Source: an uncultured Spirochaetota bacterium (GTDB taxonomy: Bacteria > Spirochaetota > Spirochaetia > SZUA-6 > Fen-1364). From it: a stretch of 64,000 bases of DNA. The stretch is taken from positions 1 to 64,000 of the forward strand of contig CAVTHO010000007.1 of assembly GCA_963734545.1 (NCBI GenBank). The letters run 5' to 3'. The position numbers and the translations under genes are program-made. How positions within the stretch are numbered: the first letter of the stretch is position 1; each line of letters opens with the position of its first letter. Below the pieces are notes generated by a model that searched no databases, had not been told where the DNA came from, and was given only the letters and a program-made list of their open reading frames with translations. Shown piece after piece: positions 9,983 to 20,095 of this stretch.

Positions 9983-11365
9983 CTACTGCCAGTTCGGTTC
10001 CACCTTCAACTCCGGCGGGAACCGCTTCGCGTACTCCTTCGCCGCTTTCAGATCCGTCATCCAGCTGATGTCGAGGAAGTACTTGTAAAGCACTTTCAGG
10101 TGCTTCCGGACGGCCTCGATGCTGCCGCCGAACTTCTTCGTCTTGGCGATGAAGTAGTAGTCGTGGGAGCCGAGGAAGGTCCCCCCACCCGCGTGCCGGT
10201 CGTATTTCAGGCCCAGCTCCTTGCACTTCGAAAGGGAGAGCAGCCTGAAATCGTAGGGGTAGTTGGGCGGAGTCGCCTTCATCTGCGCGAGGATCTGCTC
10301 CATGTTCTCCTTGAGGGGACCAGGGCGGAAGCTCGGGTGCTTGTCGATGCCGGCCTCCTTGGCCAGTTTTTCCAGCTCGCCGGGCCTCCCGTAGAGATCC
10401 AGGGTGCCGGTCTGCAGCATCTCGTCCGGTGCGGGATACCACTCGCCCACGCACATGTCGTAGAGCATCGGGACCAGCCGTCCGCCGAAATAGGGGATCG
10501 CGAACCCGGAGGTGCACAGGAAGTTGCCCTTCATGATCTCCTGGGCGGTGGTCAGCTCCATGTCCCGGGAAGCGGAGAACGCGCCGATGTTCAGGCCCCT
10601 GTCCTTGAGTGCCTTGAGCGCGCCCATGGTCTGGCCGTCGTTGGCGCCCCACATCCCTTGATAATCTTTGGACACCGCCAGGGAGGCTTCGGCGGCAGCC
10701 CTGCCGGGCTCGAAGCCCCATTCACCGTACTGGAACCCGGACAGCTTCATCTCGGGATAGTTCTGCAGGGCCTGGTAGACGCCCAGGTTGATGTACACGG
10801 TGGAAACCGTCGCGGCGGATTTGCTGGCCTGGTGGATCAGCAGCTTGGTTTTTCCCGCGTCCTTCATCTTTTGCATGAGCAAGGTGAGCGGGATGTAGGT
10901 CTGCTCATCGGAGAAGGGCGTGTTGTCGATGACCCAATACGGGCCCAAGTCGCCGGGGAAGATATCGGCCGTGTACCCGAAGTAGGTGGCGAGGAAGACG
11001 TGGTTCTCGTTCGCGATGTCAGTGAGTTGCTTCATGACCGCCATGTTGGGAACGTTGTAGATGATGGCCTTGGCTCCGGCGGCGATCATGCTCTCCGTGA
11101 GCTCGATCTAGTCCGACTCCGTGCTGGCCACGGCGCCCCGGAACTTCAACCCCATCTGCTTCGCGGCCTGCTCGACGGCCTGGTACACCATGATGGCGTA
11201 CTCCTGCCCGAGCCACCAGGTGATGCAGCCGACCGTGAAGCTTTCACCCGGGTTGGCGTTTCGGTATTTTTGCGCCAGTTGTCTTGTGGTTTGCCCTGCG
11301 ACAAGGCCTCCGCCAATAAGGAGCAGAATCAGCAGGACAGCGAGAATACGCAATCCCTTTCTCAT
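9983..11365 (-). CDS. Sugar ABC substrate-binding protein with an in-frame TAG at 11108-11110
   Basis: Signal peptide and Peripla_BP_4-like segments (QAAKQMGL, IAAGAKAII, WGANDGQTMGA). The two ORFs are in the same frame across TESD*IELTESM. Confidence 0.8.
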
Positions 11366-11602
11366 CTTTCTACCTCCTCATATTTTTATGCCCCTTACGA
11401 GGCATAGTTGCTCCACTTGCCTTGAGTTATTTGAATCAATGCACGATGCTTTTTTACCATCATGAATACTGATTGTCAAGGTTTATTTCAGCTATTCGGG
11501 AATAAATTCACTACTACTCTGAAGATTTCTGCTATTTAGCCGTCAATATGGTGAATTACTGAGTATTTCGAGAATACAATTACGTATCATCCACTTTAGC
11601 CT

Positions 11603-11631
11603 TTGACATACCCTGTCTTGAATGTTAGAAT
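11603..11631 (+). promoter_or_regulatory. Sigma70 promoter for the deoR operon
   Basis: TTGACA-17-TAGAAT in an AT-rich divergent intergenic region. A minus-strand TTGACA at 11474-11479 faces the SBP gene. Confidence 0.65.
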
Positions 11632-11686
11632 AGCAATCAAGCGTGATACTGGATACACTATCATGCGTTCTTAGGGGGGTACTTTC

Positions 11687-12466
11687 GTGGAGAAGAGGCA
11701 AAGAGTAAACGAGATCATCCTCCTGCTGCGAAGAAAAAGCGTTGTAAGCATCAAGGAGCTCAAAGACAAGTTCCAGATATCCGAGATGACGGCGCGGAGG
11801 GACCTGTCAGTGCTGGCGCAGAGCAGCGTCATCGAGCTGATTCCGGGCGGTGCGATTTTCAAATCCCCTCACAAGGCCGAACCCGAGGATGAGGAGAAGT
11901 ATTTTGTTTCTCAGGAAGAAAATGTCCGCACCGTCGAGAAGCTGAAGGTCGGGCAAAGAGCCGCTCTCCTTATTGAGCCCGGCGATACCATAATCATCGA
12001 CATCGGTTCGACGACCGAATACATCGCGAAGTTCATCCGGGAAGACATACCCGTGACAACGCTTTGCTGCACGATCAACGCCCTGGTGGAGCTCTACAGA
12101 AAGAAGAATTGCACGATCATCTTCGCGGGCGGATACTTTCACGACGAGACAATGATGTTTGAGAGCCCGGAAGGCACCGAGCTCATCTCCCGCACGCGCG
12201 CCGACAAGGTCTTCGTCTCTGCTGCGGGTGTTCACCCCGAGCTGGGTGTCACCACCGTGTATCCCTACGAGCTGCAGACGAAGCGCACCATCCTCAGCTC
12301 GGCCAAGAAGAGAATCCTCGTGGTCGATTCGTCCAAATTCGGCAAGACGAAAAGCGTGTACTTCGCGGATCTGAAGAGCTTTCACGCCGTCGTCACGAAC
12401 TCTGACATACCCGATAACTTCCGACATTCGATCCTGGATCTGGGCATCGAGCTCATCACCGTATAA
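11687..12466 (+). CDS. DeoR/GlpR family transcriptional regulator
   Basis: ISEMTARRDL HTH, IIDIGSTT and VDSSKFG. Confidence 0.93.
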   Translation: MEKRQRVNEIILLLRRKSVVSIKELKDKFQISEMTARRDLSVLAQSSVIELIPGGAIFKSPHKAEPEDEEKYFVSQEENVRTVEKLKVGQRAALLIEPGDTIIIDIGSTTEYIAKFIREDIPVTTLCCTINALVELYRKKNCTIIFAGGYFHDETMMFESPEGTELISRTRADKVFVSAAGVHPELGVTTVYPYELQTKRTILSSAKKRILVVDSSKFGKTKSVYFADLKSFHAVVTNSDIPDNFRHSILDLGIELITV

Positions 12467-12521
12467 TCAGCGCACGGCGACGGGGTCCCCTGATTGAGAG
12501 GACGGAAGGGAGAAAGACTGG

Positions 12522-13274
12522 ATGAGTGCTCGGTTTGCAGGCAGGGTAGCGATCATTACAGGCGCTGCCAAGGGGATGGGGCTCGCGACCGCCGCCGAGA
12601 TGGCGCGCGACGGCGCGGCCGTTGTGATGACGGACATCGATGCCGCAGGACTCGAGGAAGCCGCCGCACAGGTGAGGTCCCCGGGGGGAAGGGTGCTGAC
12701 GATCGCCTGTGACATACAGGAGCGGAAGCAGGTGGATGGATTGATCCAGCGAACGAATAAGGAGCTGGGTCGCGTCGACATCCTCGTGAACAATGCAGGG
12801 TTACTCCTCCCGGGCACGATCGAGGAAACCACTGACGATATCATCGACAGGACGCTGAACATCAACGTGAAGGGGATTCTCTACGCGATCCGCGAAGTGA
12901 CGCCGCTCATGAAGGCGCAGAAGTACGGCCGCATCGTCAATGTCTCTTCCATCACCGGCAAGAACGGTGACAACTCGACGGTCTTCGTCTACGGAGCGAG
13001 CAAGGGGGCCGTGATCAGCCTCACGCGCTCCGTGGCCCGGCAGCTCGGCCCGTTCGGGGTCACCTGCAACGCGGTTGCCCCGCATGCCGTGATGACCGAA
13101 ATGATGAAGTACTGGACCGACGAGAAGAAGCAGAAGGCAGCCGATGCCATCCCCGTGCGCAGGCTGGGCACCGTGGAGGACATCGCCCACCTCATCTGTT
13201 TCCTCTCCTCGGACGATTCCGCCTTCATCAACGGGGAGACGGTCAACATCAACGGCGGCTACTACATGGATTGA
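12522..13274 (+). CDS. SDR oxidoreductase
   Basis: TGAAKGMG, NNAG, YGASK. Confidence 0.92.
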   Translation: MSARFAGRVAIITGAAKGMGLATAAEMARDGAAVVMTDIDAAGLEEAAAQVRSPGGRVLTIACDIQERKQVDGLIQRTNKELGRVDILVNNAGLLLPGTIEETTDDIIDRTLNINVKGILYAIREVTPLMKAQKYGRIVNVSSITGKNGDNSTVFVYGASKGAVISLTRSVARQLGPFGVTCNAVAPHAVMTEMMKYWTDEKKQKAADAIPVRRLGTVEDIAHLICFLSSDDSAFINGETVNINGGYYMD

Positions 13275-13372
13275 CGTGCGCCGGCCTCGCCACGGGCGGC
13301 GCGTTGGTGTTTTTCCGGGAAAAGGGCTGAATGAACCGCAGAGGCGGGAATCGAACGGAGGAGGGTAGAAAA

Positions 13373-14122
13373 ATGAGGCTTGAGGGAAAGGTTGCGGTGG
13401 TCACGGGCGGCGCGAAGGGCATCGGGGAGGCGTACAGCCTCGGCTTGGCCGAAGAAGGAGCGCGCGTGGTGATCGCGGATCTGGACGAGGCCGCGGGAAA
13501 AAAGATCGCCCAGCAGGTCGAAAAGACGGGAGGCAAGGCGCGCTTCGTACGGACGGATGTGAGCAGGAAGGGCGATGTGGAGGCGCTGATCGCCGAGACG
13601 GTGAAGACGTTCGGCAGGATCGACATCCTCGTCAACAATGCCGGAATACTTTTCACCGCTCCGGTGCAGGACACCACCGAAGCGATGTGGGACTCTCTTC
13701 TGGCCGTGAACGTCAAAGGGCTTTTCTTCTGCGCCCAGGCGGCCGCAAAGGAGATGAAGAAGCAGAAAAGCGGCAAGATCATCAATATCTCCTCCATCGC
13801 GGCTGTGGGCGGTCAGGCGGGCCTTTGCGCCTACAGTTCGACCAAGGGTGCCGTGCTGCCCCTGACGCGCGTTTTCGCCCTGGAGCTCGCGGAGAGCAAT
13901 ATCCAGGTGAACGCAATCCTGCCCGGCACGACGGATACGGGAATGGCGAAGGCAGCCATGGCCGATCCTGAGTGGACCCGGCAGATCACCGCCGGAATCC
14001 CCATGAAGCGGCTCGGCAGGACGCGGGACCTTCTGGGGGCCGTCCTGTACTTCGCCTCCGCGGATTCGGACTACTGCACAGGGCAGACGCTCATTGTCGA
14101 CGGCGGCTATTCGATGATTTGA
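13373..14122 (+). CDS. SDR oxidoreductase
   Basis: TGGAKGIG, NNAG, YSSTK, VDGG. Confidence 0.92.
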   Translation: MRLEGKVAVVTGGAKGIGEAYSLGLAEEGARVVIADLDEAAGKKIAQQVEKTGGKARFVRTDVSRKGDVEALIAETVKTFGRIDILVNNAGILFTAPVQDTTEAMWDSLLAVNVKGLFFCAQAAAKEMKKQKSGKIINISSIAAVGGQAGLCAYSSTKGAVLPLTRVFALELAESNIQVNAILPGTTDTGMAKAAMADPEWTRQITAGIPMKRLGRTRDLLGAVLYFASADSDYCTGQTLIVDGGYSMI

Positions 14123-14133
14123 GGAGGGAAAAC

Positions 14134-15213
14134 GTGGATCATCATCATGGACATGCGGGAGCGCTCCTGGAATCAATGAATGCATACGTGTATGTCGCGC
14201 CACGTGAGCTTCGCGTCACGAAGGTCCCCCGCCCCTCTGCCCGTGAAGACAGCGCCGTTTTGAAGGTCTCCATCTCGTCGATCTGCGGGACGGATGTCAG
14301 GACGTACCGGTTCGGAAACGAGAACCTTCTTTCCCCTCGAACGATCGGGCACGAGGCATGCGGCGTGATCTGTGAAAAAGGCAAGCGCGTGCAGGGATTC
14401 GAGGAGGGCGACCGGGTGTTCGTCGTGCCGGCAATCGGGTGCGGCGCCTGCCGGAGCTGCCGCAGCGGACATACAAACATGTGCGAGAATCTGCGGACGA
14501 TCGGTTTTGAATTCGACGGAACGTTCGCCCAGTACATGGAGATTCCTCCGCAGGCCTTCGCCATGGGCAACGTGGTCGCCGTTCCGCCGTCGCTCAGCGA
14601 CGCGGAGGCGTCACTCATCGAACCGGTGGCCTGCTGTCTCAATGGCCAGAGCTTTCTCCGTCTCGAGCCTGAGGATACGGTGTGCATCTTCGGGGCGGGA
14701 TTCATCGGGTGCATGCATGCCCTTCTCGCCTCGGAAACAGGCTGTGCGCGGATTATCGTCGCCGACGTGTCCCCGGCGAGGATCAGTGCCGTCTCGCGCC
14801 TCCTTCCGCGAGTCGAGCTCCTCGACTCTTCGCGGACGGACTTTGTCCCGCACATCATGGAGATCACGGGCGGCAGGGGGGTGGACGTCGTCATCACGGC
14901 CTGCGCAGTCGGGGCGACACATCGAACCGCCATGGAAATCACCGCGCGGAGGGCACGGATCAGCCTTTTTGGAGGCCTGCCCGGTGATGCCACGGGGTTC
15001 CTGAACAGCAATGCGATCCACTACAAGGAGCTTTCGGTCTTTGGCTCCCATGCGTCCACCGTGGAAGAAAACCGCCACATTCTCGGTCTCGTATCGAGAA
15101 GAGAGATCGATATCGCGAAGTTCGCCAGCAAGACATATGCCCTGGAGCAGATCGAGCACGCGTTCGAGGCGCTCAAAAGCGAAAGCATTCTCAAGGTTCT
15201 CGTTGCTCCGTGA
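14134..15213 (+). CDS. Zn-dependent (sorbitol/iditol-type) alcohol dehydrogenase
   Basis: ICGTD, GHE, CGACRSC...C structural Zn site, EP.AC and GAGFIG. Confidence 0.9.
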   Translation: MDHHHGHAGALLESMNAYVYVAPRELRVTKVPRPSAREDSAVLKVSISSICGTDVRTYRFGNENLLSPRTIGHEACGVICEKGKRVQGFEEGDRVFVVPAIGCGACRSCRSGHTNMCENLRTIGFEFDGTFAQYMEIPPQAFAMGNVVAVPPSLSDAEASLIEPVACCLNGQSFLRLEPEDTVCIFGAGFIGCMHALLASETGCARIIVADVSPARISAVSRLLPRVELLDSSRTDFVPHIMEITGGRGVDVVITACAVGATHRTAMEITARRARISLFGGLPGDATGFLNSNAIHYKELSVFGSHASTVEENRHILGLVSRREIDIAKFASKTYALEQIEHAFEALKSESILKVLVAP

Positions 15214-15241
15214 CGACCGCTCGCAGCCAGGAGGAAGAAGC

Positions 15242-16741
15242 ATGGGGAAAAAGAACTACGTTCTTGCAATCGATCAAGGTACGACCGGGACCCGGGTCAT
15301 TCTGTTCGATCGGAAGGCTGAAATCCATTCGATGGCCTACCGCGAGCTGCGCCAGATCTATCCCCACCCTGGGTGGGTGGAGCACGATCCGGTCGAAATA
15401 TGGGAATCCGTGGCCGCCTGCATGGCCGAGGCCCTGAAGAAGGGGAATACTTCGGCATCCGAGATCGCCGCGATCGGCATCACAAACCAGCGAGAAAGCA
15501 CGATCCTTTGGAACAGCGACACCGGCGCGCCCCTCTACAACGCGATCTGCTGGCAATGCCGCCGAACCGCGGAAATGTGCGATCAGATCAAGCAGGCCGG
15601 GCACGAACCTGCGATTCGTGAGAAAACCGGTCTCGTCGTGGATGCCTATTTCTCCGGCACGAAGATAAAATGGATCATAGACACCGTGCCGGGCGTGGAT
15701 GCCCTCATTGCCCAGGACAAGGTGCTCATGGGCAACATCGACAGTTGGATCATCTGGAACCTCACGCGGGGAAAGCGCCACGTCACGGACCTCTCCAACG
15801 CATCGCGGACCCTCCTTTTCAACGTCCACACCTGCGCGTGGGACGAGGAGATCCTGGGATGGCTCGGCATACCGAAAAGCATCCTTCCGACACCGCTGCC
15901 CTCCAGCGGCGTCATGGGTACAACGGATCGCGCCGTGTTCTTTGGCGAGGAGGTTCCGATTGCGGGCGACGCCGGGGACCAGCAGGCGGCGACCTTCGGC
16001 CAGGCGTGCTTTCGTCCGGGGATGGCCAAGAACACCTATGGAACCGCACTTGCGATGATGATGAACATCGGGGAAACCTTCCGGTTGTCCAGGAACGGTC
16101 TCACGACCGACCTCGCATGGAAGGTCGGCGACAGGATCGAGTATGCATTCGAGGGAGTCAACTTCATCGGTGGCGCGGCCATAGAGTGGCTTTGCAGCGG
16201 CCTGAAAATCATCAAGGACGCGGGTGAATGCAGCAGGCTCGCTTCGAGAGTCCCGGACACGGGCGGCGTCTATCTCGTTCCCGCGTTCACGGGATTGTGT
16301 GCTCCCTACTGGGACATGTATGCTCGGGGAATGATCATCGGAATCACGCGGGGTACCAGCGTCGAGCACATCGCCCGCAGCGCCCTGGAGTCCATCGCTT
16401 ACCAGACACGGGACGTGCTCCTGGCCATGGAGGCGGACTCCGGCAGCAAGGCGACCTCCCTGCGGGTGGACGGCGGCGCGACGAAGAGCGAGTTCCTCAT
16501 GCAATTCCAGGCCGATATCCTCGGCATCCAGGTACAGCGCCCGATGATCACTGAGATGGCGGCGCTCGGGGCGGCATATCTCGCCGGCCTGGGCGTCGGG
16601 TTCTGGAGCAGCACCGACGAGCTGGAGAAGAACTGGCGCGTGGAGAAGGCATTCGAGCCCCGCATGAGCAGCGGCCAGAGAGACGACCTGTATGCCCGCT
16701 GGAAACGCGCGGTGGAAAGGACGCTGAACTGGGCCAAGTGA
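15242..16741 (+). CDS. glpK: Glycerol kinase (FGGY family)
   Basis: DQGTTG, ITNQREST, DAYFSGTKIKW, GDQQAA, KNTYGT, VPAFTGL.APYWD and LRVDGGA. Confidence 0.88.
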   Translation: MGKKNYVLAIDQGTTGTRVILFDRKAEIHSMAYRELRQIYPHPGWVEHDPVEIWESVAACMAEALKKGNTSASEIAAIGITNQRESTILWNSDTGAPLYNAICWQCRRTAEMCDQIKQAGHEPAIREKTGLVVDAYFSGTKIKWIIDTVPGVDALIAQDKVLMGNIDSWIIWNLTRGKRHVTDLSNASRTLLFNVHTCAWDEEILGWLGIPKSILPTPLPSSGVMGTTDRAVFFGEEVPIAGDAGDQQAATFGQACFRPGMAKNTYGTALAMMMNIGETFRLSRNGLTTDLAWKVGDRIEYAFEGVNFIGGAAIEWLCSGLKIIKDAGECSRLASRVPDTGGVYLVPAFTGLCAPYWDMYARGMIIGITRGTSVEHIARSALESIAYQTRDVLLAMEADSGSKATSLRVDGGATKSEFLMQFQADILGIQVQRPMITEMAALGAAYLAGLGVGFWSSTDELEKNWRVEKAFEPRMSSGQRDDLYARWKRAVERTLNWAK

Positions 16742-16807
16742 ACGGCACGCGAGGAAGCCGCGTAAAGCTCGTTTCAATGCCCAAAGCCTGCCCGCCGGAT
16801 CTGCATC

Positions 16808-17656
16808 ATGCGGGCGATGGAAAGGGAGCAGCAATTGGAAAACCAAGGAACGAGACTTGAAGGCAAGGTCGCCATCATCACGGGTGGCGCTTCGGGAATC
16901 GGCGAAGCAGTCGCGAAGATATATGCCGCCAACGCCTGCAGGGTCCTCATCGTCGATGTCAACGCAGAGCGGCTGAAAAGCGTTTCGGAGGACATCACGG
17001 CCCACCAGGGTATCTGCCGGAGCGTCTGTGCAGACGTCACCGTGGAAGACCAGGTGATCACGTTCTTTCACGAAACGGTGCGCGAGTGGGGCAAGATCGA
17101 CATCCTGGTAAACAGCGCCGGCCGGGACTCCCTGGCGCCCCCGATCAGCCAGGTGACTCTCGAGGAATGGAACAAGACCATCGGCCCCAACCTGACGGCG
17201 GTTTTCCTCTGCTGCCGCGAAGCCTTCCGCGTCATGGAAAAGCAGGTGACCGGGGGGAGGATTATCAACATGGGTTCCTCTTCCGCGCGCGTTGCCTCCG
17301 GCCCCGGGCACAGCCCCTACCGGGCCTCCAAGCACGGAATGATGGGTCTCAGCAAGAACATTCTCCTCGAGGGCATGCATAAGAAGATCGGCGTGACGGT
17401 CATCAATCCATCGCACGTGAAGACCCCCATGACCGAGATCATTGACAAGGGGCTGTACGACGGCACGATTCCCGCGTACCTCGATGGGTGGCTTGACGAA
17501 AAAGAGCGCAAAGAGGGCATCTACGCGAGCTGCATCGACGTCGACAACGTCGCGGAGATAGCGCTGTACGTGGCGACGCGGGCGCCGGAGGTGACGATCC
17601 CGCAGATTGCGCTCTACCCGACGCACAAGGCGCACCGCTATGGCATGGAAGTCTGA
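16808..17656 (+). CDS. SDR oxidoreductase
   Basis: TGGASGIG, NSAG, YRASK. Confidence 0.9.
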   Translation: MRAMEREQQLENQGTRLEGKVAIITGGASGIGEAVAKIYAANACRVLIVDVNAERLKSVSEDITAHQGICRSVCADVTVEDQVITFFHETVREWGKIDILVNSAGRDSLAPPISQVTLEEWNKTIGPNLTAVFLCCREAFRVMEKQVTGGRIINMGSSSARVASGPGHSPYRASKHGMMGLSKNILLEGMHKKIGVTVINPSHVKTPMTEIIDKGLYDGTIPAYLDGWLDEKERKEGIYASCIDVDNVAEIALYVATRAPEVTIPQIALYPTHKAHRYGMEV

Positions 17657-17671
17657 CCGAGGCGAAGAGGG

Positions 17672-17755
17672 ATGGACATCCACGTGAAAGGAAAATACGT
17701 CGAGGCATTCGACAGCGGGACAACGAGCCGCAGGACAATTCTCTTCGATCATTAG
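17672..17755 (+). pseudogene. N-terminal remnant of a second FGGY/glycerol kinase
   Basis: Reads MDIHVKGKYVEAFDSGTTSRRTILFDH*, which matches the FGGY N-terminal KY..aiDxGTTS.R.ilFD motif. Confidence 0.65.
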
Positions 17756-17771
17756 GCTTGACCATGTTTTT

Positions 17772-17880
17772 CTTCGTTCCGAGGGTTTGCGCAGCAAACC
17801 CGAGCCCGGCAGGCGTTGGAGGTCCGAAGGACCGAAACGCCGAGAGGGCGAAGTGCAGACACGCGCGGCCGCAAGGCTGT
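17772..17880. repeat. Nested-hairpin palindromic element (REP/MITE-like or structured ncRNA)
   Basis: GGGTTTGC/GCAAACCC; GCCC..GGCGTT..GGTCC-GAA-GGACC..AACGCC..GGGC; GCGGCC-GCAA-GGCTGT. Confidence 0.5.
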
Positions 17881-17976
17881 ACGGACCAGTCGTTCAGGGA
17901 TTCAAAGCGCTTGATCCGTTCCAGAGCGCCGCAACCCCCGGGCCATTGAGCTTCATTCGGTAGCCAAAAGCGTGGA

Positions 17977-20079
17977 ATGATGAGCCAGAAGTGGTTTGAG
18001 CAGTGCCTGCGGCGCAACCTGATCGACATGCACATCGAGGACTGGGACGGGAGCTTCCTCTCCGACTTCGATCCCGGCACGTACATTGCCATGCTCAGGA
18101 AGGCGCAGGTGCAGGCCGCCATGGTCTATGCCAACTCCCACGTCGGGTACTGCTACTGGCCGACGCGCTCGGGCACGATGCACCGGGGACTGAAGGGACG
18201 GGACATCTTCGGCGAGGTCGTCCGCTTGTGCCGGGCCGACGGACTGAGCGTCGTCGCCTACTACACGTTGATCTATGACAACTGGGCGTACGACCACGAC
18301 CCCTCATGGCGTCAGATCGATGCGGACGGCAAAAGCTCCCGGGAGTGCGGCAATCGCACGCTCTCGAGCGGACGATACGGCATCTGCTGCCCGAACTCCG
18401 CCGGCTACAGGGAGTTCGTGCGCGCGCAACTTGCGGACCTCGGTGCGCGCTACGACTTCCAGGGTGTCTTCCTGGATATGACATTCTGGCCAATGGTCTG
18501 CTATTGCACCAGCTGCACGGAGCGATACGCGCGTGAAGTCGGGCGGCCCATTCCCCGCACAATCGCATGGCGGGACCCGCAGTGGATCGAGTTCCAGGAG
18601 AAGCGGGAGGAATGGCTGTCCGAGTTCGCCCAGTTCGCCACGGCCTGCGTCAAGGAAGCGAAGCCCGAGGCGACGGTGAACCATCAGTTCTCCACGTCCC
18701 TGCACTCCTGGGTCCGGGGAAGCACGGAAGCCATCGCGAAAGCGAGCGACTACTGCGGCGGAGACTTCTACGGCGGCTTTTTCCAGCAATCGTTCATCTG
18801 CAAGCTCTTCTCCAGCCTGTCCCGCAACAAGCCCTTCGAGTACCACACCTCCCGATGCTACCCCAGTCTCTTCGACCACACGACGACGAAGACACCGCAG
18901 ATGCTGGAAATGCACGCGAGCATCTGCATGGCCCACTATGGGGCGTTCCTCTTCATCGATGCGATCGATCCCGTCGGCACGCTGAACCCGCGCGTCTACG
19001 AGACTCTCGGCCGGGTCTTCACCGCCATGAAGCCATTCGATTCCTATCTGGGCGGGGATCTGGTCCAGGACGTCGCGATATACTTCAGCTTCACTTCGAA
19101 AATGGACTTCGCGGACAACGGCAGGCCTGTGCCGGGCGTGTGCGCCACTCCCTCGAACGTCGAAGCCATCATTCGCGAGGGATCTCCGATTCCCCACCTG
19201 GACGCGGCCCTTGGCGCGGCGCGGATCCTCAAATCCGCCCACGTGCCCTTCGGCGTCATCAGCAAGAGCAATCTCGGGGAGGCGCGGCGGTTCGCGGCCA
19301 TCATCCTCCCGGATGTTCTCTTTCTCGACCCGGAGGAAAAGCTGGCCCTCGAGGACTACGTTGCCGCAGGCGGAAGCCTGTACGCCAGCGGCGCGGAGGT
19401 GTGCGGGCTTCTGCCCGAGCTGCTCGGCGTGACGCGTGTCGGCACGTTCTCCGAGCAGCTCTCCTACATTGCCCCGACGCCGGCAGGAGAGCACCTCTTC
19501 CCCGACATCCAGGCGCGGTATCCCCTGGCGATCTTCGGCTCCCAGCCGCGTGTCGAGGCGCATGACGCCTCCGAGACCGTCGCAACGGTCACACTCCCCT
19601 ACACGGAGCCGTTCGACGTGACACGGTTCGCCTCCATCCATTCAGATCCGCCGGGCCGGCCGACGAAGCACCCGGCCGCCGTGCGGCGGACGCACCGGAA
19701 GGGTCGCGTGGTGTGGATTTCCGCTCCCATCGAGAAAGCGGTCCAGCCGCCCCACCATCGATGCTTCGTGCGGATGATCCGCGAGCTCGTCCCACGGGAG
19801 CTCTTCTTCGAGGCGGACGCGCCGCCCGTCGTGGAGATAACCGCCTTCCGGCAGCCCGACCGGGGCCGCACCATCCTTCACCTGGTGAACATGCAGGAGG
19901 AACTTCCGCCTGTGCCCGTGGCGAGCGTAAAGGTCAGGATCCGAACGGAAGGAAGGAAGGCTCACCGTGTCTTCTCTCCCAATGGCCCAGCAACGGCCTG
20001 GCATGAGCGCGGAGAGATTCTCGAGATCGACGTGCCCGGATTCGACATCTATCGGATGATCGTCGTGGAGTTCTCATGA
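17977..20079 (+). CDS. GHL6-type glycoside hydrolase (alpha-L-fucosidase-like) with a beta-galactosidase trimerisation-like domain
   Basis: RRNLIDMHIEDWD, SHVGYCYWPT, CPNS..YREF, FLDMTFWPMVCYC..C and IILPDVLFL...YVAAGG. Confidence 0.75.
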   Translation: MMSQKWFEQCLRRNLIDMHIEDWDGSFLSDFDPGTYIAMLRKAQVQAAMVYANSHVGYCYWPTRSGTMHRGLKGRDIFGEVVRLCRADGLSVVAYYTLIYDNWAYDHDPSWRQIDADGKSSRECGNRTLSSGRYGICCPNSAGYREFVRAQLADLGARYDFQGVFLDMTFWPMVCYCTSCTERYAREVGRPIPRTIAWRDPQWIEFQEKREEWLSEFAQFATACVKEAKPEATVNHQFSTSLHSWVRGSTEAIAKASDYCGGDFYGGFFQQSFICKLFSSLSRNKPFEYHTSRCYPSLFDHTTTKTPQMLEMHASICMAHYGAFLFIDAIDPVGTLNPRVYETLGRVFTAMKPFDSYLGGDLVQDVAIYFSFTSKMDFADNGRPVPGVCATPSNVEAIIREGSPIPHLDAALGAARILKSAHVPFGVISKSNLGEARRFAAIILPDVLFLDPEEKLALEDYVAAGGSLYASGAEVCGLLPELLGVTRVGTFSEQLSYIAPTPAGEHLFPDIQARYPLAIFGSQPRVEAHDASETVATVTLPYTEPFDVTRFASIHSDPPGRPTKHPAAVRRTHRKGRVVWISAPIEKAVQPPHHRCFVRMIRELVPRELFFEADAPPVVEITAFRQPDRGRTILHLVNMQEELPPVPVASVKVRIRTEGRKAHRVFSPNGPATAWHERGEILEIDVPGFDIYRMIVVEFS

Positions 20080-20095
20080 GGGAGGGACCGCGCTG

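Noticed and set aside
11108-11110. Pyrrolysine or amber recoding in the SBP
   Set aside because: It is a single case, no pyl genes are present, and many genes here end normally in TAG. A point mutation or sequencing error is simpler.
15191-17797. Long antisense ORFs (868 aa here; also 43971-45641, 8283-9962 and 48167-49513)
   Set aside because: They are shadow ORFs of high-GC genes with no motifs, and the opposite strand holds clear family members.
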